Below, piece after piece: positions 17,842 through 26,569 of a DNA stretch of 61,159 bases. The notes beneath the pieces were generated by a model. It saw only the letters and a program-made list of their open reading frames with translations. It was not told the origin of the DNA and did no database searches. Location of the stretch: the NCBI GenBank assembly GCA_003551065.1, contig PULU01000093.1:1-61159 (forward strand), in the 5' to 3' direction. Position 1 is the stretch's first letter; every line of letters starts with the position of its first letter. The DNA comes from Thermoplasmata archaeon (GTDB lineage: Archaea > Thermoplasmatota > Thermoplasmata > Halarchaeoplasmatales > Halarchaeoplasmataceae). A program made the translations under genes and the position numbers.

Positions 17842-18149
17842 TTATCCACAGCTTTCCTCAGATGTGGTATCGTTATGGACCCACCTACCACCAAACCTAT
17901 AGATAAAGCTTCCTGAATCTCCTCGTCACTCACGTCCTCCTCGTAACATCTGTTCAGATGGTATTCGATACAATCGTCACAGCGAAGTACCAATGAAGAG
18001 ATCAGGCCGATCAGCTCTTTAGTTTTCTTCGATAACGCCCCGTCTTTGTAAACGTTAGTATCTAAGTTGAAAAACCGTTTGGTTTCAAGTGTTCCCTCTT
18101 CGAGTACGAGTTCGTTCAACTTCTCTCTTTCCTCTTCGAAATCTTTCAT
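17817..18149 (-). CDS. Carboxymuconolactone decarboxylase / AhpD-like family protein
   Basis: The CxxC..H motif (RCDDCIEYH) sits in a ~110-aa all-helical protein. Confidence 0.78.
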   Translation of the reverse strand: MKDFEEEREKLNELVLEEGTLETKRFFNLDTNVYKDGALSKKTKELIGLISSLVLRCDDCIEYHLNRCYEEDVSDEEIQEALSIGLVVGGSITIPHLRKAVDKWLKMEKR

Positions 18150-18193
18150 ACTTTCTAATAACGTTAAATCAAGTTTAAATTTTACTCAACGTT

Positions 18194-19609
18194 TCAGAAT
18201 ATATTCATCCTCAGGACTCCGAAAAGTATCGTTAGTAATATAACCCCTACGATGCTTATCACAGATCCATATTTTATCATGTCCTTGATGTTGATCATCT
18301 CTGTTCCGTAGGCTATAGCGTTCGGTGGAGTACTCACCGGTAAAGCCATGGCCATGGAACAAGCCAATGCTATAGAAGCCATGACCGGGATCGTAGAACC
18401 TAGGTCCATACCTATAAATATCATTATAGGCGCCAATAGTGCTGCTGTAGCGGTATTACTCATGAAGGTCGAGAGTATGATCGCCAAAGCCGAGAAAACC
18501 AGTACGACCATTATCATCCCCATAGGATACTGTTCTATAAGAGAGACTATCCAACCAGCCAGTCCGGTAGCGCCGATAGCGTTCCCTAGCGACATCCCTC
18601 CACCCATCAACAGAAGTACGTTCCAATTCAGATCTGCTAAGTCTTTCTTATCTAACAATCCTGAACTGAAAAAGACCACCGCCGGGATCAGAGCTATAAT
18701 ACCGGCGTGCTGGAATAAAGAACCTACGAGTTCGAAAGATGAACCCAACCACAGGACCACTGTTATAATGAATACCACTAACACGAACATCTGGTTCCGG
18801 GAGAAACCTTTACTTGTTTTATTTTCCAGATCGATATCAAGTTCTTTTATCGTAGGTTTGAAAGCATAAAACAAGAGGAAATAAGTGAACAGGAACATTA
18901 TTACGGTCAAAGGTAAAGCGATTATCATCCAGTCCAAGAAAGTAAGTGAGAATCCCTCACTACCTAACCTTTCTATTATTATGGCGTTGGGTGGAGTTCC
19001 TATAGGAGTAGCCATACCACCGATGTTGGCTGCGAAAGGTATTCCGAGTATCATGGCTTTTGAGAATGTTTCTTCTTTTGGGATCTGAGTGTAGATCGGT
19101 ACCGCCAGGGCGATCATCAAAGCCGTGGTAGCCGTGTTCGACATCCACATGGAAAGGAAGGCCGTTATGAACATCAAACCGAACATTATCATCTTTGGAG
19201 ATTTACCTACACTTTTAAGGATCAATTTAGCGAGTTTATCGTCCACGTTGTACTTGCTCAAAGCTGCTGCGAGTACGAACCCACCCAAGAACAGAGCTAT
19301 TATGGTGTTGAAGAACGGTGCCAAGATATCATTGGCTTCCAGTGTATCTTGGCTGATCATAACTACTTGTGAGATGATTATGATCATCGAAGTAGCGTAA
19401 AGTGGTATAGATTCGGTTATCCATAAAAGGGCTGCCAGTATGAGGATACCCAGAGCCGCTCTTTTATCGCTGGATAGTTCTTCAATTACAGGTATCGGTA
19501 GTGTGTATATCGCTATCAGCAACATAAAACCGATCAAAGTGATATATATCTGCCATTCATGCTGTTCAATGACCTGGGCTAGGGTTTTTTCATCCTCATT
19601 ACCTGTCAT
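18194..19609 (-). CDS. DASS/SLC13-type anion:sodium symporter
   Basis: Large polytopic protein with the duplicated hairpin motifs SNTAT...GTPPNAI and SNTATA...STPPNAI. I prefer the ATG at 19609 over the TTG at 19624. Confidence 0.8.
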   Translation of the reverse strand: MTGNEDEKTLAQVIEQHEWQIYITLIGFMLLIAIYTLPIPVIEELSSDKRAALGILILAALLWITESIPLYATSMIIIISQVVMISQDTLEANDILAPFFNTIIALFLGGFVLAAALSKYNVDDKLAKLILKSVGKSPKMIMFGLMFITAFLSMWMSNTATTALMIALAVPIYTQIPKEETFSKAMILGIPFAANIGGMATPIGTPPNAIIIERLGSEGFSLTFLDWMIIALPLTVIMFLFTYFLLFYAFKPTIKELDIDLENKTSKGFSRNQMFVLVVFIITVVLWLGSSFELVGSLFQHAGIIALIPAVVFFSSGLLDKKDLADLNWNVLLLMGGGMSLGNAIGATGLAGWIVSLIEQYPMGMIMVVLVFSALAIILSTFMSNTATAALLAPIMIFIGMDLGSTIPVMASIALACSMAMALPVSTPPNAIAYGTEMINIKDMIKYGSVISIVGVILLTILFGVLRMNIF

Positions 19610-19823
19610 ATCTGCACCTATCAAGTGGGCAGGTTGTATGAATCATATTTATAATTTTCCCGTGATTGTGTATATACTTTTTCTGGATCATTATTTTTTG
19701 GTACAACTCGTAGATTCTGAGCAGGTAAAGTAGGAGGTATAAAAAACGCCTTCAGCGCAGTTGTAAATACCATAGATGTCTAAAGCCAAGACATCTGCGT
19801 ATTCAGCAAAATCAAGCAAGCGT

Positions 19824-20128
19824 TTATCGTTTAGATAATATCGGTATATCTCTTTTTTCACCTATTATGAGAGTTCTCAGATCAGCCTTAGAGATAGTGA
19901 GAAATTTAGATTTCATTCTTTTTTCTTTGTAGATATCTATCTCATCATCTTTTAGATTAGTGATCTCGCACAATTCAAATATCTTCTCAGGGAAGTCAAA
20001 CCCTTCTTCTAGAGAAAATAAGAGTTCATCATAGACAGTTTCTGAGATTATAAATTTGTCTCCGGTGTCAGTTTGAACCTGACCCTACCATATTTCCTGT
20101 TCTTGGTTCTAGCCTGGATGTCGGTCAT
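19824..20128 (-). pseudogene. Possible frameshifted gene remnant (weakly PIN-like)
   Basis: On the minus strand, the ATG at 20128 opens a 26-codon frame. A different frame (20084..19824) is open for 87 codons (QTDTGDKFIISETVYDEL...ISKADLRTLIIGEKRDIPILSKR) but has no start codon. Confidence 0.25.
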
Positions 20129-20236
20129 CGGCCTAGTAGCATTACATCTTTGCCTTAAAAAAGCATTGAAAGACGGTAAATTGGAAAGGTATCGACCACC
20201 GAAAATTTAAAGTCTTAATATAAATTAGTAGCCACT

Positions 20237-22855
20237 ATGTCTCCCTCTGGAATCGATGAATTCATAGAAATAGAGAACAAATGGCTGGAGATATGGGATA
20301 ATAGCGATATTTACCGCTTCAACCCCGACTCAGATAAACCCATATTCTCCATAGACACACCTCCTCCGACGATCTCGGGTAGGATGCACATAGGCCACGC
20401 CTTTTCGTACACTCAGATGGATATGATCGCCAGGTACAAGAGGATGAAGGGTTACAACGTGTTCTACCCTTGGGGTTTCGATGATAACGGTATAGCCACT
20501 GAACTGTACGTAAAAAACGAGACAGGAGTGGACCCCAAAGATGTGGGAAGGGAGAAGTTCATAGATCTGTGTTTGAAGGAGAGTAAGAAGTTAGAAGACG
20601 ATCTAGAAAGAAAATGGAAAAGGGTCGGGACTTTCCCAGATTACGATATATTCTACCGTACCATCGATGAAGGTTCCAGGAAGACGTCACAGAGATCTTT
20701 CATTGAATTGTACAAGATGGGACGGGAGTACAGAAAGGAGGCTCCCACGTTATGGTGTCCACATTGTGAAACAGCTATATCTCAGGTGGAAACCGAAGAT
20801 CTAGAGAAGGGAGGTATGTTCAACGATATCACCTTCGATATAAAAGAAGGGGAAGATCTTACGATATCAACGACCAGACCCGAGCTGCTTCCTGCATGTG
20901 TAGCGGTTTTCGTTCACCCTGATGATAAAGAAAACTCTCATCTCATAGGAAAAACAGCTATCGTACCCCTTTTCGAACAGGAAGTACCGATATTAGAAGA
21001 CGACAAAGTCGATATGGAGACCGGGACCGGAGTAGTCATGTGCTGTACTTTCGGTGACCAAACCGATATCGATTGGTGGTACGCCCACGATCTACCCCTC
21101 AGGATCGCTATCGACGAGACCGGACATATGACAAAAAAGGCCGATGAGTATTCAGGTTTGGAAGTACACGAAGCTAGAAAAAGGATCTTAGAGGATCTAA
21201 AAAATTCTAGCAAATTAGGGAGACAATGGGAGATAACCCACGATGTGAACGTTCACGAAAGATGTGATACTCCTATCGAGTTCTTAGTCACTAAACAGTG
21301 GTTCATCAAGTACCTGGACCTCAGGGAAAAATACCTGGAAGTCGGAGAAGACTTGAACTGGTATCCGGAACATATGAAGGTCAGGTACGACAACTGGGTA
21401 AGATCGCTCAAATGGGATTGGTGTATCTCCCGACAAAGGTTCCACGGTATCCCTTTCCCTGTTTGGTACTGTAAAGCGTGCGGTGAGGTCAAACTGGCCA
21501 AAGATGAACAGCTGCCTGTCAACCCCCTGGCAGATGAACCCATAGGTGATTGTGAAGAATGTGGTGGAAACGAGTTCGAACCAGAAGAGGACGTTCTCGA
21601 TACCTGGGCCACATCATCTTTGACACCTTACATAGCTACCAGGTGGATAGAGGACTCAAAGCTTTTCGACAAAGTATTCCCGTTCACTCTCAGACCCCAG
21701 TCCCACGATATAATCAGTTTCTGGGCATTCAACACCATTGTCAAAAGTCTGTTCCATTCAGAAGAAAAACCCTGGGATGATATACTGATCCATGGATATC
21801 TCATGCTTCCTGGCGGTAAAGCTTTCTCATCTTCTAGGGGGATAATCATAGATCCGGAAGAGATCGCTGAAGAATACGGTGCCGATGCCATCCGATACCT
21901 CAGCGGTTCAAGCAGACCCGGTGAGGATGCCGAGTTCGAGAAGAAATGGTTGAAAAGAGGCCAGCGTATCAGGACCAAGTTCTGGAATCTGCAGAAATTT
22001 ATCCGCAGTTCCATCGATGATAAGATAGAAGATATGCCCAGTTTAAAAACCGTAGATAAGTGGCTTTTAACTAAGTTCAGTAGGGTTGTTGAAAAGACCA
22101 CTAGGTACATGGACGAGTACAGATACGATAAAGCCCTCAAAGAGGTCGAATACTTCCTATGGCACGTTCTAGCAGATCATTACATAGAGATGATAAAGCA
22201 CAGAATATATAACAAAGACGACAAAGCTGCAGAATTCACTTTGTATCAGGTCGGATCGGGCTTAACCAAGATGTTAGCTCCTATAATGTGTTTTATCACC
22301 GAGGAAGTTTACCATGAAAACTATAAAGAATTTGAAGGAAAAGAGAGCATCCATATCACCTCGTGGCCGAAAGAGATACTCATCGATGAAGAAGCTGAAA
22401 CCCAGGGTGAGATCATCAAGGATATCATCGCTGAAGTAAGGAATTGGAAGTCTGAAAAAGGCATACCATTGAACGAAGAGATAGGCGATTTAAAGATCAT
22501 AACTTCTGCATCCGGCATCAAAGAAAACGAAGAGGATATTCTGAACACGGTCAAAGCTAGGAAATTGAGTTTGATCGGATGGGATGAGGTCGAAGAAAAG
22601 GCAACTGAAGTGATCCCGGATTACTCGGTTATCGGCCCTAAGTTTAAAGACAAGGCCAACAAGATAGTTGAGGAATTAAGATCCTCAGATCCGGTCAAGG
22701 TTTCAGACTCGCTAGGATCCGACGGCTACGAAATATCTATAGACGGGGTAACTCACGTTATCACCAGCGAGGAAGTCGATATCAGAAGATCTAAAGTCCA
22801 TAAGGGAGAGGAAGTCGAAACCATCGAGATGGAAGACGTTGTGATCTTGCTGTAG
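20237..22855 (+). CDS. valS: Valyl-tRNA synthetase (archaeal type)
   Basis: Class I HIGH motif (PPPTISGRMHIGHAFSY), a Zn knuckle (WCPHCETAIS), the DWCISRQR-type motif (WDWCISRQRFHGIPFPVWYC), and a size of 872 aa. The KMSKS position is atypical (GKAFSSSRG). Confidence 0.82.
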   Translation: MSPSGIDEFIEIENKWLEIWDNSDIYRFNPDSDKPIFSIDTPPPTISGRMHIGHAFSYTQMDMIARYKRMKGYNVFYPWGFDDNGIATELYVKNETGVDPKDVGREKFIDLCLKESKKLEDDLERKWKRVGTFPDYDIFYRTIDEGSRKTSQRSFIELYKMGREYRKEAPTLWCPHCETAISQVETEDLEKGGMFNDITFDIKEGEDLTISTTRPELLPACVAVFVHPDDKENSHLIGKTAIVPLFEQEVPILEDDKVDMETGTGVVMCCTFGDQTDIDWWYAHDLPLRIAIDETGHMTKKADEYSGLEVHEARKRILEDLKNSSKLGRQWEITHDVNVHERCDTPIEFLVTKQWFIKYLDLREKYLEVGEDLNWYPEHMKVRYDNWVRSLKWDWCISRQRFHGIPFPVWYCKACGEVKLAKDEQLPVNPLADEPIGDCEECGGNEFEPEEDVLDTWATSSLTPYIATRWIEDSKLFDKVFPFTLRPQSHDIISFWAFNTIVKSLFHSEEKPWDDILIHGYLMLPGGKAFSSSRGIIIDPEEIAEEYGADAIRYLSGSSRPGEDAEFEKKWLKRGQRIRTKFWNLQKFIRSSIDDKIEDMPSLKTVDKWLLTKFSRVVEKTTRYMDEYRYDKALKEVEYFLWHVLADHYIEMIKHRIYNKDDKAAEFTLYQVGSGLTKMLAPIMCFITEEVYHENYKEFEGKESIHITSWPKEILIDEEAETQGEIIKDIIAEVRNWKSEKGIPLNEEIGDLKIITSASGIKENEEDILNTVKARKLSLIGWDEVEEKATEVIPDYSVIGPKFKDKANKIVEELRSSDPVKVSDSLGSDGYEISIDGVTHVITSEEVDIRRSKVHKGEEVETIEMEDVVILL

Positions 22856-22863
22856 AACTGATA

Positions 22864-23049
22864 TTAACGGTACACATCTCCCTCGTCATGTTCTACGTTC
22901 TTTTTCTCAGATAGCTCTTTCATCTTCCCCTTTCTGCAATGTGCACATGCCCCCTCAAATAGATGTTCGTCGCACGTGGACAGTCCACACATACTACAGG
23001 ACCTTTTAGTTGCTTTTTCACATATATGACATCCGCTCATCATCTCCAT
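22864..23049 (-). CDS. Small cysteine-rich metal-binding protein
   Basis: 61 aa containing CHIC-x7-CSMC-x4-C-x2-H-x7-C-x2-C. It resembles small archaeal Zn-binding proteins, but the family is uncertain. Confidence 0.5.
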   Translation of the reverse strand: MEMMSGCHICEKATKRSCSMCGLSTCDEHLFEGACAHCRKGKMKELSEKKNVEHDEGDVYR

Positions 23050-23183
23050 ATTTCACACCGTTTAAATATTCATAGAACATGGTTAAATACTTTTCTTCAA
23101 GATGGCTAAGTGACCGACAATTATTAAAGAAAGATAGCCATTATAGTTTAACATATCAAATATTCTCACATTGGGTGGCATAA

Positions 23184-23657
23184 ATGAATTGCGAATTGTG
23201 TGGAAAAACGGTCGGGAAGCCAAAGAAAGTTAGAGTGGAAGGTTCAACCCTTCAAGTTTGTGAACAATGTGCACGGCACGGCAAGGAGGTTTTTGAGGAT
23301 AAAAAAGCTGATACCGAAGAGATGGTGAAGAGGATCAACAAGAGTAAAACCAGGAGATCAAGGTCCAAAGGTTTCGGTGACGAAGGTAAAACCCTTGTCA
23401 TGGATTACCCAGATAAGATCCGTGAAGCTAGGCTCAAACAGAACCTTACCCAGGAAGAACTAGCAAAGAAACTCAATGAGAAAAAATCTGTCGTAGCAAA
23501 ACTAGAAAAGAAAGATATGAGACCTAGTGAAAGTCTCAGAAAGAAGTTAGAGAGAGCCTTGGATATCGATCTGATGGAAGAGATCGAGCAGTTCTCACAG
23601 ACAAGTGAACAAAAAGAGACAGGACTTACTATAGGTGATCTGATCAAAGAAGAATAG
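23184..23657 (+). CDS. mbf1: Archaeal multiprotein bridging factor 1 (Zn ribbon + XRE-type HTH)
   Basis: The N-terminus has CELCG...CEQC, and the C-terminus has an HTH (IREARLKQNLTQEELAKKLNEKKSVVAKLE). Confidence 0.85.
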   Translation: MNCELCGKTVGKPKKVRVEGSTLQVCEQCARHGKEVFEDKKADTEEMVKRINKSKTRRSRSKGFGDEGKTLVMDYPDKIREARLKQNLTQEELAKKLNEKKSVVAKLEKKDMRPSESLRKKLERALDIDLMEEIEQFSQTSEQKETGLTIGDLIKEE

Positions 23658-23676
23658 AAAGCCATTATTTACAAGA

Positions 23677-24597
23677 TCAATCATACGATTTAACGGTTTC
23701 TCGGATCCCGTCGATGGATACACTGTAATAGGCATCTTTCCTCTTCTTCACTAACCCTCTACTTACAAGACTCTTTAAACTATTCTGCGCCACTTTTTGC
23801 CCCATATTGAAATAATGTGCGACATCTGCTAGACTTAATTCGTCCGTATGAAATAGAGTTTCTAATATATTCTTTAATAGCTCAGATATATCTGATCTAG
23901 CCAATATCCTGTCTATATGCATGTAATCGATAGGTTCCCTATTTGCTTCCTTAGGCATGGAGATATGGTTCAAAGGATGAGATCTCTGTGCATCACCTAT
24001 AGTGTCGATTATATAAGCATATCTTTCATTTTTAGTGTATATGCACAGTCTCATCTCGAGAGGAAGAACACCTTTCCTGAAGTCTGACCACAATTCTTTA
24101 AGATTTTTTAGATCAGGGATATATTGGTCGGGTATATCTTGGGCATGGTGATACTGTGATTTGGTTTTGATCGATATAGGAACAAAATAATTGGTAAGAA
24201 AACCTCTCACCATCACCTTTTCTGTATTTATTTGGGATGCATTCTTCCACTTGTTGAATGAATAGGGATCATACTCCAAGGTCTTACAGATACCTTTACC
24301 ATCCTTTTCCATGATTTCTTTTGTAGGTTTGGAAAAGTGCCAATCACCGTCTAGATCTGGCTTTATAAATTTCAGTTTGATCTTCTTTAATTTGTCCAAC
24401 TTGTAGATCGCTTGGCTTAGAGACGTGAATTCTTTACCATTTACGAAGTAGTCGATGTTACAGAGGTAACCTGTTTTATCATTTTTCCAACTGAACAGCT
24501 TCTTTTTAAGTTGCTTTATAGCATACTGGTCTACTTCCTCATCAGGAGCAAATTCCAGTAAGTTCTCAAACCTCTCTTTCACAGAGTTCATCTTCAA
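23677..24597 (-). CDS. Hypothetical protein with a C-terminal winged-helix (MarR-like) DNA-binding domain
   Basis: 306-aa ORF. The C-terminus (LSLADVAHYFNMGQKVAQNSLKSLVSRGLVKKRKDAYYSVS) looks like a wHTH. The N-terminal 230 aa are unrecognised and Lys-rich, unlike the acidic neighbours. Confidence 0.6.
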   Translation of the reverse strand: MKMNSVKERFENLLEFAPDEEVDQYAIKQLKKKLFSWKNDKTGYLCNIDYFVNGKEFTSLSQAIYKLDKLKKIKLKFIKPDLDGDWHFSKPTKEIMEKDGKGICKTLEYDPYSFNKWKNASQINTEKVMVRGFLTNYFVPISIKTKSQYHHAQDIPDQYIPDLKNLKELWSDFRKGVLPLEMRLCIYTKNERYAYIIDTIGDAQRSHPLNHISMPKEANREPIDYMHIDRILARSDISELLKNILETLFHTDELSLADVAHYFNMGQKVAQNSLKSLVSRGLVKKRKDAYYSVSIDGIRETVKSYD

Positions 24598-24685
24598 ACA
24601 TCAATTGATATGTGTAACAAATAATTTTCTATCGTTATCTCTCTTTTCGAAAAAGATTTAATATTTCAAAGAATAGATGTGAGAT

Positions 24686-25147
24686 ATGTCACGAAATTTA
24701 CTCATGGGCGTCGGGAACGATATCCGTGGAGACGATGCAGTAGGCGAACTCGTCGCTAGGGAGTTCGATAAACCTGGATGGGATACCGTAGATTGTGGCT
24801 CGGTCCCAGAAAACCACATAGTAATGGTAGAAGAAGGAGATTACGATCTAGTTCTCATCGTCGATGCAGCTTCCATGGGACTTGAACCGGGTGAGATCAG
24901 GATAGTGCCTAGAAAATATCTAGGAGTGTTCACGATGAGTACTCATGCGTTACCGTTGTCCCTAATCATGGATTTTCTCGATGACAAGGTCGGAGAAGTG
25001 GTTTTGATAGGTATACAGCCGGAGGATATGAGTCTAAAAGAGGGTGTGACGGAAAGGGTGATAGATGCAAAAGATAGGTTACTCAAGTTGTTAGAAGAAG
25101 ATAGGTGGGAAGAGATACCAGAATTAAAGAAAAAGGAAAAGGATTGA
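24686..25147 (+). CDS. hycI: Hydrogenase maturation endopeptidase
   Basis: Motifs GVGNDIRGDDAVG, LIVDAA...G..PGEI and MSTHALPL match HycI/HyaD-family proteases. Confidence 0.85.
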   Translation: MSRNLLMGVGNDIRGDDAVGELVAREFDKPGWDTVDCGSVPENHIVMVEEGDYDLVLIVDAASMGLEPGEIRIVPRKYLGVFTMSTHALPLSLIMDFLDDKVGEVVLIGIQPEDMSLKEGVTERVIDAKDRLLKLLEEDRWEEIPELKKKEKD

Positions 25148-25148
25148 T

Positions 25149-25553
25149 CTAAGGTTCGTAGACTAGTTCATCTGAATATTTGTCGATACCCGCGATCAAG
25201 AATTCGTCTGAGAATTCGAAACAGCTTTTTGGACAGATATTAACACATTGGCCGCAGAAAGTACATCTAGCAACGTAGTGTTTCACCTTTCTCTTTTCAG
25301 CATCGAATATCAATGCCTCTGAAGGACATACCCTTGTGCATAGTTTGCATCCTATACAGCACTCCTTATCGTAGACCAATTTTCCCCTAAAATCAGATGG
25401 AATATCTATGGGGGGATTGATCTCGAGTTCTCCTTTCTCGATGAGATCCGCCGCGGCATGCATGTTTTTTGGTGTGTACTTCACAGGGAATGGATTGGTG
25501 GCTTTTTTAGTAACGAGCTGTTTGATCAGGGTAAATATAGTAGATGTTGGCAT
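25149..25553 (-). CDS. mbhN: Mbh subunit N, 2x[4Fe-4S] ferredoxin (NuoI-like)
   Basis: Two CxxCxxCxxxCP motifs (CIGCKLCTRVCP, CTFCGQCVNICP). It is the last gene of the cluster. Confidence 0.85.
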   Translation of the reverse strand: MPTSTIFTLIKQLVTKKATNPFPVKYTPKNMHAAADLIEKGELEINPPIDIPSDFRGKLVYDKECCIGCKLCTRVCPSEALIFDAEKRKVKHYVARCTFCGQCVNICPKSCFEFSDEFLIAGIDKYSDELVYEP

Positions 25554-25567
25554 ATCTTAATCACCTC

Positions 25568-26569
25568 TCATAATATCACTCCCTCTATCCAAACGAGGAG
25601 TGTTCCTAAAAGTCCGATGAGTGTCATGGGTACCCAGTAGAAGTAACTGGCTTTATCGATCTGGAATCTTGCTACGGCTACCCTGACTACGGATACGGAA
25701 ACGAATATCACTGCGAGCAATTTCAATAAGAAGAAAGCCACGTTGCCTACCAGGTCACCTATAATTATTCCGAATATCTCAGGTCCTCCTATGGTCACCC
25801 AATTAGTCAGATTTTGGGGGAAGAACAATGCTATCATCAAAGTACCAACGACCACCATCTTGACGGCCTCGGCTAGATAGAACAATCCCAAGTTCCTTCC
25901 AGAGTATTCTACAAATAATCCTTCGGCAAGCTCTGTTTCAGCTTCGGCTTGATCGAAGGGAACTCTTGACAATTCACCCGGTAAGACGGTGAACAATGCC
26001 AAAGCAACGAGGATCAATCCTAGTGTTCCCACGGGACCCACCAGCCACCAAACTGGCGTTGAGGATATCACTCCCAGGGAGAACGTTTCAAATCTCCAGG
26101 CGATGGTGACTGCAGCTATGGCTAGAGGGAATTCGTAACTCATCATCAAGACTAGCTCACGCTGGGCTCCCACTGTAGCATAAGGCGAGCCGGATGAAAG
26201 TCCACCCACGGCCATGGCAACTGCGGGTATGGCTAGAAGATAAAGGATGAGGATCAAGTCTCCGAAACCTTCCATGATAGGCCCTAACGGCCCTATAGGG
26301 AGGTAAGCCAGGGCTATCAATGGAGCTATCAAAGCTATGACCGGTGCTGCGTTGAATAACCACGGTACAGCTCCGTCGGGGATGATGGTCTCTTTCATGA
26401 ATAGCTTTCTGATATCCCTGAAGGGTTGACGCCAAGGGGGCCCTATACGAGACTGCATCATAGCTGTTATCTTACGATCAAAACCCTTGTAAAGCAGTCC
26501 TAAAAATATACCGATAAAAGGGATAATCAACACGTAAAATAATGATATGATCAGTTCTTCAAGATTCAT
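25568..26569 (-). CDS. mbhM: Mbh subunit M, NuoH/HycD-like membrane subunit
   Basis: Polytopic protein with NuoH-like motifs (RIGPPWRQPFRD, PFDQAEAETEL). Confidence 0.85.
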   Translation of the reverse strand: MNLEELIISLFYVLIIPFIGIFLGLLYKGFDRKITAMMQSRIGPPWRQPFRDIRKLFMKETIIPDGAVPWLFNAAPVIALIAPLIALAYLPIGPLGPIMEGFGDLILILYLLAIPAVAMAVGGLSSGSPYATVGAQRELVLMMSYEFPLAIAAVTIAWRFETFSLGVISSTPVWWLVGPVGTLGLILVALALFTVLPGELSRVPFDQAEAETELAEGLFVEYSGRNLGLFYLAEAVKMVVVGTLMIALFFPQNLTNWVTIGGPEIFGIIIGDLVGNVAFFLLKLLAVIFVSVSVVRVAVARFQIDKASYFYWVPMTLIGLLGTLLVWIEGVIL

